In this document: one piece after another, positions 62,401 through 64,000 of the stretch
Numbering within the stretch: position 1 is the stretch's first letter
Layout of the letters: every line of letters begins with the position of its first letter
From: Bacteriovoracaceae bacterium
GTDB taxonomy: Bacteria > Bdellovibrionota > Bacteriovoracia > Bacteriovoracales > Bacteriovoracaceae
Direction of reading: 5' to 3'
DNA length: 64,000 nucleotides
Assembly: GCA_965217035.1 (NCBI GenBank)
Contig: OZ244226.1
Coordinates: 1,718,146 to 1,782,145, forward strand
Program-made: the position numbers and the translations under genes
The notes under the pieces: model-generated
What the model was told of the DNA's origin: nothing
Database searches by the model: none
Seen by the model: the letters and a program-made list of their open reading frames with translations, nothing else

Positions 62401-64000
62401 CTCTCAAGTTGGTGACCAGGCGTGGACAGTCGATAGTATTGCTCCTCAAGTTTCAAGTATTAACAGAGGATCAACTCCAGGGGTTAATCCAACTAACGCA
62501 ACATCTGTTGAGTTTGACGTAACTTTCTCAGAATCAGTCAGTCCAGTCGTGATTGGAGATTTTCTTGCAACAAATACTGGTGCAGGAACTCCAACTGTAA
62601 CTGGTGTTGCTGGTGGCCCAACAGTTTATACGGTAACTGTTGATACGACAGGGCTTAGTGGTGATATTGGTCTTGATCTTAATGACCTCGATGGAACTAT
62701 TGTTGATGGTCAGTCGAACTCAGTTAATCCGAATACACATGTTTCTGATCAAGTTTGGTCTATCGATAACGATGCTCCGAGTGTGACTTCTATTAATAGA
62801 GGATCAACTCCAGCAGTGAATCCAACTAATACAACATCGGTTGATTATGATGTCACTTTTGATGAGAATGTTATTAATGTTGTTACTGCAGACTTTGCGG
62901 CAGTTGTTACAGGAACGGGAACTGCAACAGTCACAGGTGTTGCCGGAACAGGATCAAATCGAACAATTACTGTCGATGTTACGGGTGTTGATGGAACAGT
63001 AAGACTCGACCTTGCTGATGGTGATAGTACCATTACTGATACATTAGGAAATGCGATCGTTCCAAATACTTATACTGGTGATGAATCTTGGACAGTTGAT
63101 ACTATTGCTCCACAAGTTACGACGATCAATAGAGGAGTCACTCCTGCAGCGAATCCAACAAATGCGACAACTGTTGAGTTTATTGTGACTTTTGATGAAT
63201 CAGTCACAACAGTTGTTGCTCTTGATTTCACTGTTACGAATACAGGTTCTGGTTCACCAGCTGTTACAAGTGTTGCGGGTGCTGGTTCAACAAGAACAGT
63301 TACTGTCGATGTTACAGGTGTTGATGGTGATATTGGTCTTAACCTTGATGATTCGGATAATACGATTCAGGATACAATTGGAAATTCTATTAGCCCGAAT
63401 ACGCATACTTCGGATCAAGTGTGGACAGTTGATACATTTGCTCCGGCAGTAGCTTCTGGTCTTGGATGGACAGAAATAAATCCACATAATGCGACTGGTG
63501 TGAATGCTTCTTGGACAGCTTCAGGAAGTCCAGATCTTTCATCTCAAGATATCGTTTATTTTATTGATAATACTTGTGCGACTCCTGAAGGAACAAGCAA
63601 CCTTGGAATTGGTGCAGGTGTGACAACTGATGCTTTTACTGGATCTGATGGTGGTGTTTATTATTACCACATCGTTAGCTACGATGCTGCTGGAAACTCT
63701 TCAACGTCAGCCTGCTCTTCTGTTATGAATATCGATACTTCTGCTCCGGCAGCAGCGACGGCCTTCTCTTGGGCTGATGTAACTCCAAGTAATGACATTA
63801 ACATGACAGCGAACTGGACTGCGAGTGGTTCGGGAGATGTTCTTAGTCAAACTATTTTCTTCTATGATGATCCATGTACTAATCAAGTTGGTTCTAACGT
63901 TCTTGGTGCTGCAGCTAATACTCAAGGCTTTACGGGAGCGAATGGTAATACTTATTATTTCATTATCCGGACAACAGATACTGCCGGTAACTTTACTGAT
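38483..64000 (+). CDS. Giant repetitive Ig-like surface lipoprotein/adhesin, partial (>8,500 aa, runs off the right edge)
   Basis: TTG 38483 lies 7 nt after GGAGA (alternative in-frame ATG at 38459). Reads MIYKILLSSKNLCLLVVLGVLLSC-GG (lipobox). The same frame still reads ...IIRTTDTAGNFTD at 64000. The ORF track lists no terminated long + ORF here, consistent with one uninterrupted frame. Confidence 0.92.
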   Translation, partial: MIYKILLSSKNLCLLVVLGVLLSCGGDTTFNNQNLKLGNLEVVQQFNFQDSLYSIASTVDNSQVGVAIIRNSGERELTISNITLQNNDPEFTNFTHNCNAVPVDSTCQISIDFDSFVAGNFSAEVVLEYTDGLIDNQSEIMNISVQALNPATITVLPFVNPLINPVTLPAYGPEATGGTYYYTIQLQNMGEVSATSFNAVTTPALTEFSFSGGVFPGTGGTCGLTPLLPGATCDIIVEYLPTMAGTNVDVFEFEFDDGFGVNSPFISAPFSLPARTVNFSSSAAPPANIEFRDGVAPITTYDFGNIALGSNPTKVITFENTGGVPATNVTPVLVSPVSYTGGGTFPGTLGTCTTTLTNALTCDVDLQINPVAIGPFSVPYTVAFDDGTGSIVNVVLTVTGTVLNPANFAISPTNNYDYGEISINAPSGTATQLFTLTNTGGSPGEITGFVGLTAPFNFVGGSFPGTGGDCPLSPGTVAGSGGSCLIEIEFDPTTFGTFLNNVTMTYNNGLTTANLLFDLNGNDIQPFVDITAPVINAYINAANFGAYGFNGTCNENGNNVNFSVSSGSITPTSAGCVLGAWSGTIDFTSVPDGTFTFTADHSDTFGVAAPSYPITLTKDIDLPDLASINRGSTPASDPTNATTVEFDVTFDEAVAAVVVGDFSLTTVSGTSAGAIASVSGSGTTWTVTVNAITGDGVLRLDLNDLDGTIQDLAGNALNTNTFTGGQTWTVDTVQPTVVSINRGAFPGLASTNATTVEFDVTFDEDVSPVNLGDFVVTTVSGTVTGTATSIIGGPTVYTVTITGITGDGDLRLDLNDADNTILDTVNNTLAVNTHTGDEVYTMDTSPPSIVSINRGTVPGVNPTNATSVEYTVIFDEAVSPVAVGDFAVATGSGTVTGAVASVTGFGTNWTVTVNTITGDGDLRLDLNDADSSILDGFGNSLTSTSHTGDETYALDLTQPNLLTINRGTVPGITPTNATTVEFDLNFDEDVTGLATSDFVLTTVSGAVIGTVSSVAGSAQNWTVTVTGITGTGDIRLDLSDGDNSITDLVGNSLAVTAQNGDQVYSIDQTQPNLLSINRGTVPGINPTNNGTLEFDLTFDEDVVSVVVSDFVLTTVSGTAVGTISAVAGSSTAWTVTVTGVTGDGALRLDLNDTDNTIQDPSGNSLASTVRLGDQDYTIDNTGPLVNTINRGAVPGVNPTLAASVEFDITFNEAIQTMDLTDVVLTTVSGTATGTPSAVVGAGTSWTITVSGITGSGDIRLDLNDANNSILDSLGNSISVNAHVGDQTYTIDRDPPIVVSINRGTVPGVSLTNATTVEFDVTFNEGVTPVDPTDFVLTTVSGVTTGVVASVSGSGTSWTVVVNTVAGDGDIRLDLNDADNSIQDSLGNAIVANVQNGDETYTIDQTPPNILTINRGASPGITPTNVTTVEFDITFDDSVSPVTVGDFVATTVSGAVTGTVASVTGAGATWTVTVNSVTGNGDLGLNLNDGDGSIVDGAGNSLALTTHIGDQDYTIDQDPPSIASIVRGTLPGANPTASNSVDFDVTFDENVVAVINSDFVVTTVSGTATGAVSTVTGAGTAWTVTVAGITGDGDIRLDLNDADNSILDVSGNATSPTTYNVGQTYSIDNTGPQILSINRGSAPATNPTNATSVEFDVTFNENVAALIAADFIPSIIGTGIPTVAGVAGGPLVWTVTVDTTGVNGDVGLDFSDLDGTVQDVLGNTASPNTRTSDQLWSVDNQGPQVLSINRGANPATNPTNSTTVEFDVTFDEVVATVVTGDFNPTNTGSGTPSVISVSGTGATRTITVDVTNVDGDIGLDLNDTDNTITDTLLNIISPNTRTSDETWTVDTVIPNVTSINRGATPAANPTNANSVEFDITFSESVSPVIAGDFTVTNTGAGTPTITGITGTGATRTVTVDVTGVDGDVGLDFSDVDNTVLDVLANSVSPDTRTSDQLWTVDSIAPQVLTINRGTTPAANPTNSTTIEFDVTFDEDVTPVVIGDFVATVVGTGTPTITGVAGGPSVWTVTVDTTGIVGDVGLNLNDLDGTLLDLAGNQISPNTHTSDQVWTIDNQGPQVLSINRGTTPAANPTNATSVEFIVTFDEIVGTVVAADFNLTNTGSGAPTISGIAGSGATRTVTVDVTNVDGDIGLDLNDVDTSIVDAFSNAISPNTHTSDQLWTVDTVIPSVTSINRGSTPAADPTNAVSVEFDVTFSESVSPVVAGDFNVVVTGAGTASISSISGTGATRTVIVDVSAVDGVVDLNFNDADNTVVDVLANAVTPNTRTGDQSWTVDNIQPQVVTINRGTVPVANPTNATSVEFTVTFDEDVAPLVTSDFVATIVGTGTPSVTSVTGGPSVWTVAVNATGVDGDVGLNFNDADGTVLDTLLNQVNPSTHTSDELWDVDNIGPIIQTINRGSTPTTNPTNATSVEFVVTFDEGVTSVVAADFNITNTGSGAPTITGVTGSGATRTVTVNVASVDGDIGLDLNDADNSIADSLGNVAAPNTHTSDETWTVDTVIPSVTSINRGTVPAADPTNANSVQFDVTFSESVLPVVAADFNVTNTGVGAPNITSVIGAGANWTVTVDTTGVDGVVGVDFNDADNSVVDVLFNPVTPNTRTSDQTWTVDSINPQVLTINRGSNPAINPTNATSVEFDVTFDEDVTPVVIGDFIATVAGTGTPTITGVAGGPSVWTVTVDTTGIVGDVGLNLNDLDNTVLDVTGNPVSPNTHTSDQLWSIDNQGPMVVSINRGTTPAANPTNATTIEFDVTFDEIVSTVVIGDFNTTNTGTGTPTITGIAGSGTTRTVTVNVTNVDGDVGLDLNDIDNSITDAFTNVISPNTHTSDQLWTVDTVIPSVTSINRGATPAADPTNAVSVEFDVTFSESVSPVVAADFNVVVSGVGTASISTITGTGATRTVVVDVTSVDGTVALDFNDADNTVLDVLANSVTPNTRASDQSWTVDNIQPQVLTINRGGVPASNPTNATSVEFTVTFDEDIAALVTGDFVATVVGSGTPTITSVTGGPIIWTVAVGVTGIVGDVGLNLNDLDNTVVDVQANAANPNTHTSDELWTIDNQGPQVLSINRGTSPAANPTNITTIEFDVTFDEIVSTVVAADFNLTNTGSGAPIITGVSGTGATRTVTVDVTNVDGDIGLDLNDVDSSIVDAYSNAISPNTRIADQLWTVDTVIPSVTSINRGTNPVANPTNAVTVEFDITFSENVNPVALTDFTLTNTGTGTPTMTAISGTGSTRTVTVDVTGVDGDIGLNFNDADNTILDVLANAVSPNTRTSDQVWTVDSIAPQVVTINRGTSPGVNPTNATSVEFNVTFTEDIAPLVAGDFLATVVGSGTPSVTTVAGGPTNWTITVDVTGVVGDVGLDLNDLDGTVLDLASNQINPNTHPTDQTWTIDNQGPQVLSINRGSSPATNPTNATSVEFTVTFDEIVTTVVAADFNVTNTGVGSPTVSSVSGSGTTRTVTVDTTNVDGDVGLNLNDVDSSIVDAFSNPISPNTRTSDQVWSVDAVAASVTSINRGTFPVANPTNSNSVQFVVTFSESVNPVVAGDFITTNTGAGPATPAITLVSGGGTTWTVTVDTTGVDGDIGLNLNDLDNTILDNQSNAVTPNTRTSDQLWTVDSIDPQLLTIVRGTTPAVNPTNATSIEFFVTFDEDIAGLVAGDFAVTNTGIGAPAITGIAGGPTIWTVTVDSTLVEGDVGLDLADLDNTVLDLQGNSVNPNTHTSDELWTVNGIGPTIVDIRRGTSPGSNPTNATSVEFDVTFNEDIAGGSVAASDFTFSTISGTFTTSNITGISTTGAVVTVTANLVGNGEIRLDLADGDQTITDTFGNANQSTAHVGDETYTVDQDAPSITTINRGSVPGITPTNATTIEFDVTFDEPVLGVAASDFVFTLNSGGVTGSISNVTGSGTAWTVEVNTVSGTGNVQLDLNDSDNSITDLVGNSIAPNTHAGDQTYDIDQTAPSITSITRGTTPGVNPTNAASLEYDVSFSEDVTALVSGDFVVTTVSGTATASVGSITGGPQNWVVTLVAVSGDGNLRLDFNDGDGTVVDPSTNPANPNTFITGDTYTLDNSGPDVLTINRGSTPAVNPTSATTIEFDVTFDQNVATAVVTGDFLPTVVGTGTPTIAGVSGGPLVYTVSVDVTGVNGDVGLDLSDLDGTIQDALGNPSNPSTHVSDQTWQVDTLGPQIVTINRGTTPAANPTNANSVEFVVTFDEAVITVVPADFVTTNSGVGGAPPITGVSGSGTTRTVTVDVTGVDGNVGLNLNDADNTIADSFGNVASPNTHTSDEFWTVDSVRPQVTTINRGAVPGVNPTNSNSVQFDVTFNEAVITVVAGDFTVTNTGTGGVPPITGVSGGGTSWTVTVDTTAVDGDIGLDLADFDNTIQDANGNAVNPSAHTSDQLWTVDSVIPSVVSINRGTTPAANPTNAASVEFDVQFSENVVAVVAGDFILSNTGTGSPSITTVAGGPIVWTVTVNTTGVNGDVGLDLNDLDGSIVDGQSNPVTPNTRTSDQVWSIDNDAPSVLTINRGSNPATNPSNATSVEFLVTFDETVINVVAGDFAATNTGVGTPTVTTVTGSGSTRTVTVDVTNVDGDIGLDLNDLDSSITDSLTNAIVPNTHSSDQAWTIDNIAPNIVTINRGTVPAVNPTNASSVQFVVTFSEAVSTVANNDFNVTNTGIGTPSVTSVSGAGTTRTVTVDVTGVDGNVGLDLNDADSSIVDLQANVINPNLQVGDQEWTVDDFSPNVLSINRGTTPGSNPTNATTVEFDVTFSESVVAVVAGDFVTTNTGSGTPSITGVAGGPTVWTVTVDTTAVIGDVGLDLNDLDGSIQDAAGNVTTPNTRTSDQAWTIDNDSPSVVSINRGTVPVANPTNVTSVEYVVTFDESVINATIGDFAAVVTGTGTASVTGISGSGATRTVTVDVSAVDGTVRLDLADGDSSITDNLTNPIVPNTYTGDQEWTVDNINPQLTSINRGSVPAADPTNASSVQFDLTFDETVLAVVAADFTVTNSGSGGTPTISTITGTGTSWTVTVDVTGIDGAVGLDLNDLDGTIQDTLTNPVSPNTRTSDQTWTVDSIAPTVVTINRGTTPATNPTNLASVEFDVTFSEAVTTVVTGDFLLTNTGTGVPSFTSIAGAGTSWTVTVNTTGVDGDVGLDFNDLDGTVQDVLLNPVSPNTHTSDQTWTVDNIAPSVTTINRGTTPAVNPTGASSVEFLVTFDESVINVTTADFTGTNTGTGGVPTVSSVAGTGATRTVTVDVTGIDGDVGLNLTDGDSSITDLLTTAINPNTHTSDQLWSVDNDAPSLTSINRGTVPVADPTNATSVQFALTFDEAVATVVAADFATTNSGAGPANPSITGVSGSGTSWTVTVDTTGIDGAVGLDLNDADNTILDLQGNALSPNTRTSDQTWTVDSIAPTVTSIVRGSTPAVNPTNSTSIEFTVTFSEDVGAPVAGDFAVTNTGVGAPSVTSVAGGPSVYTVTVNSTNVEGDVGLDLNDLDNSILDLQNNAVSPNTHASDETWTVNGIGPTIVDIRRGTSPGSNPTNATSVEWDVIFNEDIAGGSVAATDFSFSTISGTFTTTNITGISTTGAVVTVTANIVGNGELRLDLADGDQTITDLFGNANQSTVHVGDETYTFDQDAPSVTSINRGSVPGITPTNATSLEFDVTFDEPVVGVTTADFVFTLNSGGVTGTVSSVTGAGTAWTVTVSSVSGTGNVQLDFNDGDNTITDLVGNTVSPNTRAGDQAFDVDQTDPFVVSINRGATPGVNPTNASTLEYDVTFNEDVIGLATSDFLVTTVSGTATATVGTVSGGPSVWTVTLTGATGDADLRLDFNDADNSVLDSSSNAANPSTYNSGQTYTLDNTGPAVLSINRGSTPAANPTSATSVEFDVTFDANVATAVVVGDFVATIAGTGTPVITGVTGGPVVYTVTVDTTGVNGDVGLDLNDLDGTIQDALGNAVSPNTRTSDQLWSVDTLGPQIVTINRGTIPAANPTNATSVEFVVTFDESVGAVVTGDFATTNSGTGTPTVSGVSGSGATRTVTVDVTGVDGNVGLNLNDTDNTITDGFGNIISPNTHTSDQLWTIDNIAPAVTTINRGSVPGADPTNATSVQFDVTFNEAVVAVVAADFTVTNSGTGGVPAITSVTGGGTSWTVTVDTTAVDGQIGLDLADFDNTIQDSESNAVNPSAHASDQVWTVDSVIPTVVSINRGSSPAANPTNSASVEFDVQFSESVGTVVAGDFILTNSGTGSPGITSVAGGPIVWTVTVNTTGVNGDVGLDLNDLDGSIVDGQSNAVTPNTHVSDQAWTIDNDAPSILTINRGSNPATNPSNATSVEFLVTFDETVINVVAGDFTPSNTGTGTPSITSVTGSGATRTVTVNVAGVDGDVGLDLTDGDSSITDSLTNPINPNTHISDQTWSIDNIAPSVTSINRGTVPASNPTNVSTVEFLVTFSESVVTVDATDFTLTNTGVGTPTINSVTGVGATRTVEVNVAGVDGDVGLNLTDSNSSIADAQANVINPNLRTSDQTWTVDAFAPTVSTINRGSAPAGNPTNATSVEFDVTFNEAVVAVVTSDFVATNTGTGSPSITGIAGGPTVWTLTVDTTGVIGDVGLNLNDLDSTIQDAAGNAVAPNTQTGDQVWTIDNDNPSVTSIVRGATPGANPTNATSVEYDVTFDEAVINVTTGDFAAVVTGTGTASVTSVSGSGTTRTVTVDVSAVDGNVRLDLADSDSSITDNLTNVIVPNTYTGDQEWTVDNIAPQLTAINRGTVPAANPTNASSVQFDLTFDEAVVAIVAADFNLTNTGAGTPSVSGVSGSGTSWTITVDVTNVDGDVGLDFNDLDGTVQDTLNNAVSPNTRTSDQAWTIDSVAPSVTSINRGSTPAANPTNATSVEFAVTFSESVTTVVAGDFLPTNTGSGVPSITGVAGSGANWTVTVGVTGVDGDVGLDLNDLDGTIQDASLNAVSPNTRTSDELWTVDNIAPSVTTINRGSNPATNPTGAGAVEFLVTFDESVINVTTADFTATNTGTGGVPPVTLVAGTGTTRTVTVDVTGIDGDVGLNLTDGDSSITDLLTTAINPNTHTSDQLWSVDNDAPSLTSINRGTVPVADPTNATSVQFALTFDEAVTPVVATDFVTTNSGTGPTNPAITAVSGSGTSWTVTVDTTGVDGAVGLDLNDADNTILDLQGNALSPSTRTSDQTWTVDSIAPNVTSINRGSTPAVNPTNSTSIEFTVTFSEDVGTVAASDFSVTNTGVGAPSVTSVAGGPSVYTVTVNSTNVEGDVGLDLNDLDNSILDLQNNAISPNTQVGDQTWTVNGIGPTIVDIRRGPSPGSNPTNATSVEFNVTFNEDIAGGSVAATDFSFSTISGTFTTTNITGISTTNNVITVTANIVGNGVLRLDLADGDQTITDTFGNANQSTAHVGDETYTFDQDNPSVATINRGTTPGVNPTAATTLEFDVTFDEPVLGVATSDFVFTLNSGAVTGSVASVSGSGTAWTVTVNTVAGTGNVQLDLNDGDNSITDLYGNTMSPNTHSGDQAYDVDQTAPSITTINRGTSPGVNPTNSGTLEYDITFNEDVTGLATADFLVTTVSGTATAAVGAVSGGPSVWTVTLTGATGDGDLRLDFNDADNSVLDNSNNAVNPATFSTGQTYTLDNSGPAVLSINRGSTPAANPTAAAAVEFDVTFDAAVGTTVVAADFTPTIVGTGTPTVTSISGGPVVWTVTVNTTGVNGDVGLDLSDLDGTIQDALGNAASPNTRTSDELWSVDTLGPQVATINRGAVPAANPTNATSVEFVVTFDESVNTVVTGDFAATVTGTGTPTVSGISGTGATRTVTVDTTGVDGTVGLNLNDTDNTITDAFLNVINPNTHTSDEFWTVDSIAPGLTSINRGSVPAADPTNATSVQFAVTFDEAVVAVVAGDFDVTNTGSGSPSISGVTGGGTSWTVTVNTTATDGVVGLDLADFDNTIQDSAGNAVNPNSQVGDQAWTVDSIAPQVSSINRGSTPGVNPTNATSVEFDVTFSESVSPVVIGDFLATNTGAGTPTVTGVAGGPTVYTVTVDTTGLSGDIGLDLNDLDGTIVDGQSNSVNPNTHVSDQVWSIDNDAPSVTSINRGSTPAVNPTNTTSVDYDVTFDENVINVVTADFAAVVTGTGTATVTGVAGTGSNRTITVDVTGVDGTVRLDLADGDSTITDTLGNAIVPNTYTGDESWTVDTIAPQVTTINRGVTPAANPTNATTVEFIVTFDESVTTVVALDFTVTNTGSGSPAVTSVAGAGSTRTVTVDVTGVDGDIGLNLDDSDNTIQDTIGNSISPNTHTSDQVWTVDTFAPAVASGLGWTEINPHNATGVNASWTASGSPDLSSQDIVYFIDNTCATPEGTSNLGIGAGVTTDAFTGSDGGVYYYHIVSYDAAGNSSTSACSSVMNIDTSAPAAATAFSWADVTPSNDINMTANWTASGSGDVLSQTIFFYDDPCTNQVGSNVLGAAANTQGFTGANGNTYYFIIRTTDTAGNFTD
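38600..40050 (+). repeat. About four choice-of-anchor-D/ASH-like Ig domains with Cys pairs
   Basis: Recurring NxG...GGxFPGTGGxC...xCxIxxxF/YxP motif. Confidence 0.6.
40343..63436 (+). repeat. 69 tandem bacterial Ig-like domain repeats (333-342 bp, 111-114 aa)
   Basis: Anchor motif INRG (and variants) counted at 40367, 40703 ... 62795, 63128. Consensus PxVxSINRGxxPxxNPTNATSVEFDVTFDE...WTVTV...DGDVGLDLNDxDxTIxD...DQxWTVD. Confidence 0.93.
63437..64000 (+). repeat. Start of a second repeat type, fibronectin-III-like with Cys (about 2 copies visible)
   Basis: APAxAxxxxW...xWTASGS.D..SQ.I....D..C...FTG..G..YY..I...DxAGN occurs twice. Confidence 0.6.

Noticed and set aside
40343..63436. Repeat array as CRISPR, DGR template or assembly artefact
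   Set aside because: Units are 333-342-bp in-frame protein domains that diverge mainly at synonymous sites. No repeat-spacer pattern, cas genes or reverse transcriptase.
39040..63925. Dozens of short V/T/S/P-rich ORFs on the minus strand and other + frames
   Set aside because: Antisense or off-frame shadows of the giant gene's biased codon usage, repeating with its period.

Overview
AT-rich bacterial chromosomal window, most likely from a predatory Bdellovibrionota (Bacteriovoracia/Halobacteriovorax-like) lineage; this is inferred from protein style, not from a search. Three zones. (1) 1-19.5 kb: an accessory region of lipoproteins and secreted hydrolases (S8 subtilase, S1 protease, putative clan CD cysteine peptidase, signal-peptide-bearing isochorismatase-family enzyme). 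It also holds lipid and nucleotide metabolism genes (desaturase, fadH, HAD 5'-nucleotidase, xth) and isolated tRNA-Trp and tRNA-Thr. (2) 19.6-35.9 kb: the core secE-nusG-rplKAJL-rpoBC-rpsLG cluster, rearranged. There is no tuf or rpmG. A REC-cNMP regulator sits between rpsG and a fusA with a degenerate domain IV that appears to be leaderless. (3) 36-64 kb: a predicted outer-membrane beta-barrel protein, divergent from a giant lipoprotein adhesin gene (>8,500 codons, runs off the window, absent from the ORF track). The adhesin has 69 tandem Ig-like repeats in a hierarchical arrangement. The most notable signals are the giant lipoprotein/beta-barrel pair, a nucleotide-invariant and probably structured element recurring every ~5.36 kb inside the giant gene, a recurrent TANNAT-N6-ATG leaderless architecture, and the broken str operon with a probable recycling-type EF-G.
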